Positions 1 through 9,914 are shown, numbered from the stretch's first letter. The stretch is DNA of 64,000 bases from Alphaproteobacteria bacterium (GCA_965227515.1 CBDDFZ010000002.1:1216001-1280000); one strand, 5' to 3'. The notes: generated by a model not told the origin, from the sequence alone. Numbers and translations are program-made.

Positions 1-2
1 GC

Positions 3-308
3 GAGCCCGGGCTGAACCGGTTTATTCACACTGGCTATCAGTTGCTTGATTTGATTACGTTCTTCACCGCTGGCCCGAAGGAGTCACGGGCCTGGACCAT
101 CAAGGACGGCACCACGGCCGCGCCGGCCGCCGGCACCATCCACACCGACTTCCAGCGCGGCTTCATCTGCGCCGAGACCATCGCCTATGACGACTACATA
201 GCCTGCGGTGGCGAGGCCGGCGCGAAAGAAGCCGGCAAGATGCGGCAGGAAGGGCGCGACTACGTCGTGAAGGACGCCGACGTGCTGCTATTTCGGTTTA
301 ATGTGTAG
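3..308 (+). CDS. ychF: Redox-regulated ATPase YchF, C-terminal part (truncated by window start)
   Basis: [53 protein letters not shown] is the YchF TGS-like C-terminus. Confidence 0.95.
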   Translation, partial: EPGLNRFIHTGYQLLDLITFFTAGPKESRAWTIKDGTTAAPAAGTIHTDFQRGFICAETIAYDDYIACGGEAGAKEAGKMRQEGRDYVVKDADVLLFRFNV

Positions 309-535
309 ATCTAACTATCTGATCTTAATTTATAAAAATCGTATCTGGATGATGCGTTAGACCTGCCTGCCGCCTCCGCGGCTGTTTGTCGCCCGGGCGA
401 TTGGGGCGCGGCGGCTCCGCTCCGCCGGACCCACCTCAGTATTAGGCAGAGGGTGTGCAGTCGCGGCGATGCGGGCGCGCGCGAACTTCAGGACGCGCGT
501 TCCACTGATCCCGGCTGCGGATGCGAGGAGGTCGC

Positions 536-1933
536 ATGCGCAATCCCAGAACTTCCGACACACGGGTCGGTGCCGCCATGGCGGTGGCTGCGGCGATCGT
601 GCTTTGCGCGACGCCCGGGCCGGCGAACGCCGACGGCGTGATCGCGCCGGACGATCTTGTCTATCTCGGCGCGTTTCGCCTGCCGGGCGGTGAGGACCGG
701 CCGCTAACGTTTGCCTATGGCGGCAACGCGATGACGTTCAATCCGAACGGCGATCCGGGCGGCGGGGCTGACGGTTTTCCCGGGTCCCTGTTCATCACCG
801 GCCACGCTCGCCTGGCCTATGGCGAGTTGCCGAACGGCGACCAGGTCGCCGAGGTCAGCATCCCGGCGCCGGTCGTCGCGAATTCGGCGGCCGGGTTGAG
901 CGCGGCGTCGTTCATCCAGCCGTTTCATGACGTCGCCGCGGGCTGGTTCGTCGGCCTCGACGAGATACCGCCGTTGGCGATGCTCTATCTCGACAGCCCA
1001 CCGCTGGGGCCGGCGATCCATCTGGCCTGGGGGCAGCACATGCAGCCGGAAGCGGCAACCCCGTCGCACGCATTGTTCGCGCCCGACCTTAGCGCGCCGG
1101 CGATGCAGGGGCCGTGGTTCGTCGGCGACGCGTCGCCCTATGCCATCAACAGCTACATGCTGCGGGTCCCGGCCGACTGGGCGGCGGCCCATACCCAGGG
1201 TCGTGTCATCGGCACCGGGCGGTACCGCGACGGCGGGTGGTCCGGCATGGGTCCGGCGCTCTATGCCTACAGCCCGTGGGACGCTGAAGGGCAGCTCGCG
1301 GCATCCGGCGCGCGCCTGTCGGCAACCGCGCTGCTGCAGTACCGCAGCTCGCGCGAGACCGAGGATATCGACGGCGCGCTCGCTGGCTACCAGCATGCCG
1401 ACGAGTGGGAAGGGGCGGCCTGGTTGACCACCGCCGACGGGCGGTCTGCCGTGCTGTTCGCCGGCACCAAGTCCGTTGGCACGCGCTACTGGTACGGGTT
1501 CGTCAACCCCGAGGGGCACGACCGTTCGTGCGTGGCGGGCGACTTCGTCGGTCAGTTCCCGGTCTGCCGGCTGGCCGACGGGTCTTCGTGTCCCGCGGCC
1601 GAATTGGTCGAGTGCGCCAACCACAACGACTTTCGCGGTTGGTGGAGCACCCGGTTCGAGGCGCAGTTCATACTCTACGACCCCGCCGATCTTGCGCGGG
1701 TGGCCGATGGCGAGATGGCGCCGTTCGAGCCGCAGCCCTACGCCGCGATCGGCATCGACGAGGCGCTGCTGCTCGACCCGCCGCCTTGGGATGTGGAGTG
1801 GCTGGGCGAGGGCCCGCAGCGCCGTGCCCGTATCGGCGATGCCGCCTACGACGCGGCAAGCCAGACGCTCTATGTGCTGGAGCTGTTTGGCGATGGCGGC
1901 AAGCCGGTCGTCCACGCCTGGCGCGTTCAGTAG
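536..1933 (+). CDS. Secreted hypothetical protein (possible beta-propeller); start uncertain (536 or 578)
   Basis: Long ORF with host-like codon bias, signal peptide (AAAIVLCATPGPANA), Trp/Gly-rich beta-type segments. Confidence 0.75.
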   Translation: MRNPRTSDTRVGAAMAVAAAIVLCATPGPANADGVIAPDDLVYLGAFRLPGGEDRPLTFAYGGNAMTFNPNGDPGGGADGFPGSLFITGHARLAYGELPNGDQVAEVSIPAPVVANSAAGLSAASFIQPFHDVAAGWFVGLDEIPPLAMLYLDSPPLGPAIHLAWGQHMQPEAATPSHALFAPDLSAPAMQGPWFVGDASPYAINSYMLRVPADWAAAHTQGRVIGTGRYRDGGWSGMGPALYAYSPWDAEGQLAASGARLSATALLQYRSSRETEDIDGALAGYQHADEWEGAAWLTTADGRSAVLFAGTKSVGTRYWYGFVNPEGHDRSCVAGDFVGQFPVCRLADGSSCPAAELVECANHNDFRGWWSTRFEAQFILYDPADLARVADGEMAPFEPQPYAAIGIDEALLLDPPPWDVEWLGEGPQRRARIGDAAYDAASQTLYVLELFGDGGKPVVHAWRVQ

Positions 1934-1968
1934 CGCGCCCGACCGCAAACAACAGGAGGACTATCATC

Positions 1969-2322
1969 ATGCGATATCGACACATTGCGGCCGGGCTGAT
2001 GGCGCTTGGCTTGGCTGTGCCGGCCGCCGAAGCCTCGCCGGCCTGCGACCTGCTGCGCCGGTGCGCGGCCGAACTGGCGGCCGAAATGGCGACCGGCGTG
2101 GGCGACGGGTGCGGCGAGGTGTGGCGCGCGGCGACGATCCAGCAATATCGCCGGCTGAGCGTCAGTCCGTTGGAGCAAGGCGGGCCGGGGATGTGTGAGG
2201 CCGTGTTCCTGACCATCGCCAACAACACCCGCGAGTTCTATGAGCGGCGGCGCATCTGCAACATGCCGATCGCCTGCAAGCCGGAAAATGCCGACGACCT
2301 GCCGGCCCTGCCGCCGCTCTAG
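1969..2322 (+). CDS. Small secreted Cys-rich hypothetical protein (117 aa)
   Basis: AGGAGGA RBS at 1954-1960, ATG 1969, signal peptide MRYRHIAAGLMALGLAVPAAEA, 6 Cys. Confidence 0.7.
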   Translation: MRYRHIAAGLMALGLAVPAAEASPACDLLRRCAAELAAEMATGVGDGCGEVWRAATIQQYRRLSVSPLEQGGPGMCEAVFLTIANNTREFYERRRICNMPIACKPENADDLPALPPL

Positions 2323-2384
2323 GCGCGTTTCGCTGGCGCGGAATAGCTGTGGTCAGCGCTAGCGCATGATCACTTAAGTCGGCA

Positions 2385-2455
2385 CCGGCCCTCTCCCCCA
2401 CCCGGCCGCCCAACGACAGTATCCTGCTGGGTGGCCGGGTGGGGGAGAGGGCCGG
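2385..2455. repeat. Intergenic palindrome (CCCTCTCCC/GGGAGAGGG REP-like) between convergent genes
   Basis: ccggccctctcccccacccggcc ... ggccgggtgggggagagggccgg inverted repeat. Confidence 0.8.
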
Positions 2456-2483
2456 CGCAGATTCAGCGTAAGCTGATCCCGAT

Positions 2484-3680
2484 CTAGCGCAGGTCGCGGA
2501 CGGTCTGGGTCATCTCGTCGACGGTGCGGAAGGCGGTTGCGGCCGTCGAATAGGCGCGCTGTGTCACGATCATGGTCGAGAACTCGGTGCCGAGGTCGAC
2601 GTTCGACTGCTCGATGGTCGCGGCCCGGAACTGGCCCAGCTCGCTGCCGCGCGTGTCGATGAGTTCGGCTTCGCCGGAAAGCGTACTGACGCTGAACACG
2701 TCGTTCGACAGCGCCTTCAGGCCGTTGGTGTTGGGGAAGACCGCGCCTGGGATCAGGTAGAGCTGCGAGACGACGCCGTTGCTGTAGGACACGTTCAAGA
2801 ACCCGTCCTGGTCGAAATAGAAATTGGACGGCAGGCCCGGCCCCACGCCGTCGTTAGTGCTGCCCCGGGTCACGAATTCGCCGCCGGTCATGGACATGGC
2901 CGAGATATCGGTGGTGTAGGCCGCGGTCGACCCGCCAGGGAAGCTCGCACTGACGGCGTAGGACGTGGTGCCGGAGGCAAAGCCGGTGGACGGGTCGATG
3001 GTCAGCGTGGCCGGCGCACCGACGGTGGCTGTGCCGCCGGTGACCGACGCCGAGATCGACCAGGAGTTCAACCCGGTGTTCTGGAATGTGTAGGTCAGGT
3101 CCTGCGGGTTGCCGTCGCTGTCGTAGACAGTAATCGACCTCTCGTGAGTGTCGCCGACGGATGCGGTGGCAGGCAGGTTGTCGGCCAGCCCGACGGCGGT
3201 GGTGGCCTGCCCCGGTATCTGCTCGTTGCGCGTCGGCACCTCGATCAGTTCCAGCGACTGGGAAACCGTGCCGTTGGAGACCGGCCAGCCCTGCAGGTAG
3301 TAGCCGTTGGCGGTCGACAGGCGCAGCGTGCCGCTCTCGCCCTCGACAATCTGGAAATTGCCGTTGCGGGTGTAGTAGGCGCCACCGCTCTCACCCTGCT
3401 GCACGGCGAACATCGCGCGGCCGCCGAGTGCCGCATCCAGCCCCCGGCTCGTGCCGGCATACGCGCCATTGGCATCGACCCGTTGGGTGACCTTGGCCTG
3501 CGCGCCCTTCGACTTGGTCAGGAAGGTGCCGTCGCTGCCGAGGAGCGACGAGAAGTCGATCTCGCGGCGGCGGTAGCCGTTGGAGCTGACGTTGGCGACG
3601 TTGTCGGCAATCACGCCCAGCGCCGATCCGTGCGAGCGCATCGCGGTACTGGTGATGTAGAAGGCGGAGTTCAAACTCAT
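2484..3680 (-). CDS. flgE: Flagellar hook protein FlgE-like (hook-basal body family)
   Basis: N-term VIADNVANVSSNGY, YTRNGNF, C-term EQSNVDLGTEFSTMIVTQRAYS. Confidence 0.85.
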   Translation of the reverse strand: MSLNSAFYITSTAMRSHGSALGVIADNVANVSSNGYRRREIDFSSLLGSDGTFLTKSKGAQAKVTQRVDANGAYAGTSRGLDAALGGRAMFAVQQGESGGAYYTRNGNFQIVEGESGTLRLSTANGYYLQGWPVSNGTVSQSLELIEVPTRNEQIPGQATTAVGLADNLPATASVGDTHERSITVYDSDGNPQDLTYTFQNTGLNSWSISASVTGGTATVGAPATLTIDPSTGFASGTTSYAVSASFPGGSTAAYTTDISAMSMTGGEFVTRGSTNDGVGPGLPSNFYFDQDGFLNVSYSNGVVSQLYLIPGAVFPNTNGLKALSNDVFSVSTLSGEAELIDTRGSELGQFRAATIEQSNVDLGTEFSTMIVTQRAYSTAATAFRTVDEMTQTVRDLR

Positions 3681-3739
3681 GGCACATTCCCGTCCTGGGC
3701 CGAACCGAAGTCCTTGAGGGACACCGGCGCCGAGGGCAC

Positions 3740-3755
3740 CGCAAGATCGATGCCA
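3740..3755 (-). promoter_or_regulatory. Sigma54 (-24/-12) promoter of flgE
   Basis: Minus strand TGGCAT-CGATC-TTGC matches TGGCAC-N5-TTGC, about 60 bp upstream of the flgE ATG. Confidence 0.8.
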
Positions 3756-3781
3756 CGGGAATGGCCGCCGGAAACGCCACG

Positions 3782-3809
3782 AAAAAGGCCGGCGTCAGTG
3801 GCGCCGGCC
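3782..3809 (-). terminator. Rho-independent terminator after rpmF
   Basis: Minus strand ggccggcg-loop-cgccggcc followed by TTTTT. Confidence 0.7.
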
Positions 3810-3880
3810 GGTCGTTCTCGCAGTCTGCTAGGCAACTATTGCCATCGGCCCGGCAGGATCCGCCGGGCTGTCGGCAACCG

Positions 3881-4057
3881 CTATTTGGGTTCGATCACCT
3901 GCCGGCCCTTGTACATGCCGGACGCCAGATCGATGTGGTGCGGGCGACGCAGCTCGCCGCTGTCCTGGTCGACCACATAGGTCGGCTTGGCGAGCTTGTC
4001 GTGGGCACGTCGCTGGTTGCGGCGCGACTTCGATACCTTCTTGCGCGGTACGGCCAT
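3881..4057 (-). CDS. rpmF: 50S ribosomal protein L32 (58 aa, absent from the ORF track)
   Basis: Manual translation [58 protein letters not shown]; GGAGGT RBS. Confidence 0.95.
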   Translation of the reverse strand: MAVPRKKVSKSRRNQRRAHDKLAKPTYVVDQDSGELRRPHHIDLASGMYKGRQVIEPK

Positions 4058-4226
4058 TGGCCACCTCCAGATCGGTCACGTTGCCCAAGATGATTGGGCG
4101 TGGGATGAATGGAAAGGCGGTCATTTAGGCGATTGGGCCGCCAAATGCAACCCCGCATCGCAGTTCCCGCCGTGTTAGCGAGGGACCGGCACCCACGGGC
4201 GCCGGCCCCCCATCGCAATTGGCGCG

Positions 4227-5525
4227 CTACTGTGCCGCGATCAGCGACAGGTCGATGGAATTGGCCATTGCTTCATAGCCCGCGTCGTTCGGGTGCAGGT
4301 TGTCGCCCTTGTCGAAGGCGGGCAGGATCATGTTGGGATTGTCGGGGTCCTGCACCACGGCATCGAAGTCGATGACGCCGTCGAACGCCCCACCGTTGCG
4401 GATCCAGTCATTGACCGCCACGCGCACCGCCTCCTTCTCCTCGCTGTAGTAGCCATCCAGCGGTCCGCCGCCGAACGCGTTGTTGAACGGGGTCAGGGTG
4501 GCGCCGATGACGCGGATGCCATGGTTGTGCGCCCGCGCGATCAACTGCTTGTAGCCGGTAATGATGTCGTCGGCGGTGGGCGGCACGGCGTGCTGGTCCA
4601 GCATCATGTCGGGCCAGCCGATGTCGTTGATGCCCATCATGAAGATGACGGTATCGACATAGGGATGGACCAGCACCGCTTCCTCGAACCTGGCGAGCGC
4701 ATTGATGCCCATGCGGTCGGCCAGCACGCGCTCGCCGGAGATGCCTTCGTTCAGCACCGCGGTCTGGGTGTCGCCGGCCGCGTTCAGGCGTTCGGCCAGC
4801 ACGTCGGGCCAGCGGTTGTTCAGGTCTGCCGACGAGCCGTCGCCGTCGGTGATCGAATCGCCGAAGGTCACGATGGCGCGCGCACCCTCCGGCGCATTGA
4901 CGATCACCCGGCTCAGGAACAGGCGCGACAGGGTGGTGATGTCGGGCGTGATGTCGGCGTCCGCGGTCTTGTCGCCGGCAACGATGTAGGCGGTCTGCCG
5001 GCCGTCGAAGTGCATGGTCGTGGCAGGCGTGACGTTGGCGAAGTAGAGGCTGACCGCCACACTGCCGAGTGCCGGCACGCTGAGGTCGACGGGATCGCTG
5101 ACCACCGAAGCGCCGGCCGGAATGGTGATCGAGCTGTTGCCGCTGAAGGTGAGCGCCCGGTCGGTGCCGTCCTGGATCTTGGCGCCGGTGTCCTGCAGCG
5201 CGATGTGCGCCGCGTCGACGGTCATCGGCAGGTCGCCATACTCGTTGGAGAGTGCGATGCGCACCTGCTCGCCGCCAATGGACACGCGCGCGATCTGGCG
5301 GATGGTCTGGCCCCACAGATTGCGCGGGAAGGTGAAGCCGGCCAGGAAGTCAGGCTCCCAGATCGGCTGGGTGGCCGCCGACCAGGTGTCGATCCAGTCG
5401 CCACCGCCGCCGGCGGCAAAGCTCTCGGTGGTCGGGGCCGCCATCGCGACGGCGAGCGCGCCGGCAAGGGCAATGCCTTGCCACCGGCGCCGGGGCGTGG
5501 TCGTGTTTTTTGGTTCGTGGGACAC
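4227..5525 (-). CDS. Secreted SGNH/GDSL hydrolase
   Basis: FGDSITDG block I, GINDIG, DNLHPN catalytic DxxH; AAGGAGG RBS before GTG at 5525; signal peptide. Confidence 0.9.
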   Translation of the reverse strand: MSHEPKNTTTPRRRWQGIALAGALAVAMAAPTTESFAAGGGGDWIDTWSAATQPIWEPDFLAGFTFPRNLWGQTIRQIARVSIGGEQVRIALSNEYGDLPMTVDAAHIALQDTGAKIQDGTDRALTFSGNSSITIPAGASVVSDPVDLSVPALGSVAVSLYFANVTPATTMHFDGRQTAYIVAGDKTADADITPDITTLSRLFLSRVIVNAPEGARAIVTFGDSITDGDGSSADLNNRWPDVLAERLNAAGDTQTAVLNEGISGERVLADRMGINALARFEEAVLVHPYVDTVIFMMGINDIGWPDMMLDQHAVPPTADDIITGYKQLIARAHNHGIRVIGATLTPFNNAFGGGPLDGYYSEEKEAVRVAVNDWIRNGGAFDGVIDFDAVVQDPDNPNMILPAFDKGDNLHPNDAGYEAMANSIDLSLIAAQ

Positions 5526-5811
5526 GATGTTTCCTCCTTGGTCTCGGACCGACGCCTTCTGTCGGGCACGGTCCTTCAGGCTCGCGTCATGGCAGCGCCT
5601 ACGGACCATGCCCGCGGCGCGGCGTGCGCGAACTCTTCTGTGAACAACGGAACACCGGCTCCGGTCTGGGAACCGGTCACCATCGACTGCCGGGCATGCC
5701 CTGAACGGGGGTTGCGGGTCATACCGGCGGAGACGATTGTTCCACCACAATCGACGTCTGACAAGAGTGGCTGGCAAGAGCGCCTGGAGCGTCGAAAGCC
5801 GGGCTGGGCCC

Positions 5812-6756
5812 TCAGCGTTTCGCGCGCAGGCGGTCGGTGGCGGTGACCAGGCCGGCGCGGATGCCCGGCTCCATCGCGGCGTGGCCGGCATCCGGCACCA
5901 CGACGAGGTTGGCTTCCGGCCAGGCATCGGCCAATACGAACGCCGAGCGGGCGGGGCAGACGATGTCGTAGCGCCCCTGCACGATGGTCGCCGGAATGTG
6001 GCGGATGGCCTCTATGCCGTCGAGCAACGCGTTGTCCGGCAGGAACATCTGGTTGACGAAATAGTGCGCCTCGATGCGCGCCAGCGGCAGCGCCAGCGAC
6101 AGGCGCGCCGCGCCATCCACCGCGTCCTCGCTGGGCAGCAGCGTGGAGCAGCGGCTCTCGTAGATGCTCCATGCGACGGCGGCGGCTTCCCGCACCGCGA
6201 GATCGTCGTCGGTCAGGCAGCGGTAATAGTCGGCCAGCAGTCCGGCCTCGGTCGTCTGCGGCAGCGCGGCGATGAAGTCGCGGTGCGCATCGGGGAAGAC
6301 GTTGGCCATGCCGTGTAGGAACCAGTCGACTTCCCGCGCCGTGCCCAGAAAAATGCCGCGCAGCACCAGCGCGGTGCACTGGGCGGCGTGGGCCTGGGCG
6401 TAGGCAAGCGCCAGGGTGCTGCCCCACGACCCGCCGAACACGGCCCAGCGCGCGATGCCCAGATGGCGTCGCAGCGCCTCTATGTCCGCGATCAGGTGCT
6501 GGGTCGTGTTGTCCACCAACTCGCCCAAAGGGGTGGAGCGGCCGGCGCCGCGCTGGTCGAACAGGACGATCCGGTAATAGTCGGGGTCGAAGAAGCGGCG
6601 GTGAGCGGCGGTGCAGCCGGCACCGGGGCCGCCGTGCAGGAACAGGATCGGCACGCCGTTCGGCGCACCGGACTGTTCCCAATACAAGGTGTGTCGCGCG
6701 TCGACCGCCAGGTTTCCTGTCTCGAACGGTTCGATCGGCGGATAGAGGTCCGGCAA
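5812..6756 (-). CDS. pip: Proline iminopeptidase
   Basis: LYPPIEP, HGGPG, FDQRGAGRS, GGSWGS nucleophile, QGRYD, DAGH; TTG start inferred. Confidence 0.92.
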   Translation of the reverse strand: MPDLYPPIEPFETGNLAVDARHTLYWEQSGAPNGVPILFLHGGPGAGCTAAHRRFFDPDYYRIVLFDQRGAGRSTPLGELVDNTTQHLIADIEALRRHLGIARWAVFGGSWGSTLALAYAQAHAAQCTALVLRGIFLGTAREVDWFLHGMANVFPDAHRDFIAALPQTTEAGLLADYYRCLTDDDLAVREAAAVAWSIYESRCSTLLPSEDAVDGAARLSLALPLARIEAHYFVNQMFLPDNALLDGIEAIRHIPATIVQGRYDIVCPARSAFVLADAWPEANLVVVPDAGHAAMEPGIRAGLVTATDRLRAKR

Positions 6757-6904
6757 CGATGTGGTCCTGGTCGTTGGTGTGCGTGGCGCGCACGATGCCG
6801 CCACCGCGAATAGCATATCGCGCGAAGCCTTGATACTTTGCGCCACGTTGCGTGGCCACGGCGAAGGCGCTGGCCATGCCCTGCCAGGAGGCGCGGACGC
6901 CAAG

Positions 6905-8335
6905 ATGGGACGACCGGTGCGACAAGCCCTGCGGCGGGTGCTGGCCATGCTGGTGCTGGTGTCGGCGCCTTGGTCGGGAGCGTTCGCGTTGGACCTGGCG
7001 GAGGCCCGGCACCTGGTCGCGCGCACCGGCTTCGGCGCCACCGTGGCCGAGGTCGAGCGCCTGCTGCCGCTGAGCCGCGAGGCCGCGATCGACCTGCTGT
7101 TGTCCGAGGCTGCCCTGGAGCCTTCGACGCCGCTGCCGGCCTGGGCCGATGACAACCCGATGCTGGTCCGCCGGCTGGACGATCCCGGCGAACGGGCGGC
7201 GCTGGTGGCGCGCGAAGGGCCGTTGCTGAAAGCGTGGTGGGTCGGCGAGATGCTGAACACGCCGTCGCCGCTGACCGAGCGGATGACGCTGCTCTGGCAC
7301 GGCCATTTCACCAGCGGGCTCGCCAAGGTGGAATCGGTGCAGTTGATGCTGCGCCAGAACCTGATGCTGCGCCGCCATGCGCTGGGCAGTTTCCGCGCGC
7401 TGCTGGGCGACGTGCTGCACGACCCGGCGATGCTGATCTACCTCGACAACGACACCAACGTCCGGGGCAACCCGAACGAGAACCTGGCCCGCGAGCTGAT
7501 GGAGCTGTTCACGCTGGGCATCGGCAATTACAGCGAGGCCGACGTGCGCGAGGCGGCGCGGGCGCTGACCGGGCTGACGGTCCAGCAGGCCACCGGCGAC
7601 GTGCTGTTCGTTGCGGCGCGCCATGACGAGGGCGACAAGACGGTACTCGGCCGCACCGGGCCATGGAGCGCGGACGATCTGGTCGACATTCTGCTCGCCA
7701 CGCCGCGCACGGCGGAATTTGTCGTCGGCAAGCTGTGGGCCGCATTCGTCGTGGCGGAACTGCCGGACGAGGTCCGCGACGACCTCGCCGAACTGCTCCG
7801 GCAACGGGACTATGAGATCGCGCCGGTGGTCCGGGTGATCCTGTTGAGCGATGCGTTCTGGGCCGCTGACGAGCGCGGCGCGATGATCACGCCGCCACCG
7901 GCCTTTGCCATCGGCACGCTCAGGCTGATCGGCGGCGGCGACATGGTGCCGCCGGTCACCGTCGCGCGGTTGTCGGCCAATCTGGGCCAGGACCTGTTCG
8001 ACCCGCCCGATGTCGCCGGCTGGCCCGATGGCGAGGCGTGGATCACGCCGTCGACCCTGTCCGCGCGCTACCGCGCCCTGGAGCGGCTGATCGCCGGGCC
8101 GCCGGATGCCGGGGAGGGGGACGACACGCCGAGCGGGCGGCGGTCGGGCGCGCTGGTGCGCTGGCTTGCCGAGCTGCCGTTCGCCTGGCGCGATCAGCAG
8201 CGGCTGCGCCAGGTGGTGCTGCCGGCCTTGGCGCCGGAGGATGGAGAAGCGCCGGTCGGCCTGACGCCGGACCCGCAGGTGCTGGCCGGCGCCGTGCGCG
8301 ACTGGCTGCTCGACCCCACCTATCATTTGCGCTGA
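6905..8335 (+). CDS. DUF1800 family protein
   Basis: ERMTLLWHGHF, DPAMLIYLDN, PNENLARELMELFTLG, PPDVAGWP. Confidence 0.9.
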   Translation: MGRPVRQALRRVLAMLVLVSAPWSGAFALDLAEARHLVARTGFGATVAEVERLLPLSREAAIDLLLSEAALEPSTPLPAWADDNPMLVRRLDDPGERAALVAREGPLLKAWWVGEMLNTPSPLTERMTLLWHGHFTSGLAKVESVQLMLRQNLMLRRHALGSFRALLGDVLHDPAMLIYLDNDTNVRGNPNENLARELMELFTLGIGNYSEADVREAARALTGLTVQQATGDVLFVAARHDEGDKTVLGRTGPWSADDLVDILLATPRTAEFVVGKLWAAFVVAELPDEVRDDLAELLRQRDYEIAPVVRVILLSDAFWAADERGAMITPPPAFAIGTLRLIGGGDMVPPVTVARLSANLGQDLFDPPDVAGWPDGEAWITPSTLSARYRALERLIAGPPDAGEGDDTPSGRRSGALVRWLAELPFAWRDQQRLRQVVLPALAPEDGEAPVGLTPDPQVLAGAVRDWLLDPTYHLR

Positions 8336-8338
8336 GCC

Positions 8339-9526
8339 ATGGACCTGCGGAGCACATTCTCACGGTCCATCAGCCGCCGCTTGTTCCTGGCGGGTGCGGC
8401 GGGGGTTGCGACGTTAGGAGCGTGGCGCGGTTCGGCCCGTGCCTCCGCACCGGCGCGCACGCTGGTGCTGGTAAAGCTCGCCGGCGGCAACGACAGCCTG
8501 AACATGGTGGCGCCGGCCGCCGATCCGGACTACCGCCGGCTGCGCCCGACCATCGGGCTCGGCGCCGACGAGGTGCTGCCGCTGGCCGATGGACTTGGCC
8601 TCAACCCGGCGATGGCATCGCTGATGGCGTCGTGGGCGGATGGCGAGATGGCGGTGGTCGGCGGGCTCGGCCTGCCGGCGGCCGAGCGCTCCCACTTCAG
8701 CGCGATGGACATCTGGGAGACCGGGCGCGAGCAGCCGGGCGCCGATGCGCCGGGCTGGCTGACCGAAGCACTGCTGGCAAGCCCGCGCGCCGATGCCGAT
8801 CCGCACGGTCTCATCATCGGTTCCGATCCCGGCGTGGCTCTGGCCGGCCGAGGCACCAGCGTATTGCACCTGCGCCCGCCGCTGCGATCTGCGGCGCCAA
8901 GCGCGTCCCTAGACGCACCGGTGCTGGCCACCGCCAACCCGGCGCTCGCCCACATCCTGAACACCCATGCCCAGCTCCAGTCCGCCCATGCCGCGCTGGA
9001 CACCGCTATCGCGCGCCTGCCGGACCTGGAGGACTTGTTCCCGCGTACCGATTTCGGCCGGCGGATGGCGGCGGCCGCCGGCCTGATCGCTGCCGGGCTC
9101 GAGGTTCCGGTGATGATCGTGCCGCTGGCCGGTTTCGACACCCACGCCGGCCAGCGCGCGGTGCACGACCGGCTTCTCACCGATCTTGCCGAGGGCATTG
9201 CCGCTTTCCGTGCCGCGCTGGTGGCGGCCGACAGATGGCCGTCGGTGTTGCTGGCGACCTACTCCGAGTTCGGCCGGCGCGCGGCGGAAAACGGCAGCGG
9301 CGGCACCGACCATGGTGCCGCGGCAAGCCACATCGTGATCGGCGCGGACGTTGTTGGCGGCCTGCATGGCGACCGGCCGCGCCTCGACCGGCTGGTCGAC
9401 GGCGATCTGGCGCCGGCCATCGACTTCCGCCGCTATTGGCGGACGTTGGCCGACTATTGTTTCGCCGCGCAATTAAACGCGGACGGTCTCGGCAATCATG
9501 CGTCTTTGGATATTATTAACCATTAG
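8339..9526 (+). CDS. DUF1501 family protein, Tat-exported
   Basis: SRRLFL Tat motif, LAGGNDSLN, SHF, GFDTH, SEFGRR..ENGSGGTDHG. Confidence 0.9.
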   Translation: MDLRSTFSRSISRRLFLAGAAGVATLGAWRGSARASAPARTLVLVKLAGGNDSLNMVAPAADPDYRRLRPTIGLGADEVLPLADGLGLNPAMASLMASWADGEMAVVGGLGLPAAERSHFSAMDIWETGREQPGADAPGWLTEALLASPRADADPHGLIIGSDPGVALAGRGTSVLHLRPPLRSAAPSASLDAPVLATANPALAHILNTHAQLQSAHAALDTAIARLPDLEDLFPRTDFGRRMAAAAGLIAAGLEVPVMIVPLAGFDTHAGQRAVHDRLLTDLAEGIAAFRAALVAADRWPSVLLATYSEFGRRAAENGSGGTDHGAAASHIVIGADVVGGLHGDRPRLDRLVDGDLAPAIDFRRYWRTLADYCFAAQLNADGLGNHASLDIINH

Positions 9527-9620
9527 GAATTCGTTCATAAAGATATCTAAAAACTGAAATGATGTTGCTGGCAGATCTTTCTTGGTCTTGGTAGAGTCGC
9601 CACGGTAATTGGCAAGGAGA

Positions 9621-9902
9621 ATGTCCGTGGCTGATATTGCCATCAGCGGTAATTCCGGCCTGCAACGCCTGCAGGATCCGGTATCGGCACCGCGCAACGA
9701 CAACCAGGGGGCGCAGGCCACCCCGGCGCAGACGCCGCAGCAGGATGCCGCGTCCGATGCCAACCAGGTTGGCGAGCCCCAACCGTTGCAGGCCGCACCG
9801 GCCGGCAACCAGGCGCCACAGCAGCAGCCCGAGCCGGCGAACGACGCACCGCCGCCATCCGGCGACGGCGACCGCGGCCAGTATCTCGATATCTCGGCGT
9901 AG
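9621..9902 (+). CDS. Small Q/P-rich hypothetical protein ending RGQYLDISA
   Basis: AAGGAGA RBS at 9614-9620; start 9621 or GTG 9627; low-complexity linker between ordered ends. Confidence 0.65.
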   Translation: MSVADIAISGNSGLQRLQDPVSAPRNDNQGAQATPAQTPQQDAASDANQVGEPQPLQAAPAGNQAPQQQPEPANDAPPPSGDGDRGQYLDISA

Positions 9903-9914
9903 GTTGCGCCGGTG

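Noticed and set aside
3881-4057. Zn-free L32 detached from plsX
   Set aside because: Cys-less, stand-alone rpmF is ordinary in alphaproteobacteria.
5576-8326. 916-aa minus-strand ORF and many other long overlapping ORFs (e.g. 10699-12462, 29389-31404, 49705-51420)
   Set aside because: Antisense or alternate-frame shadows of real genes in GC-rich DNA; Arg/Pro/Gly-rich with no motifs.
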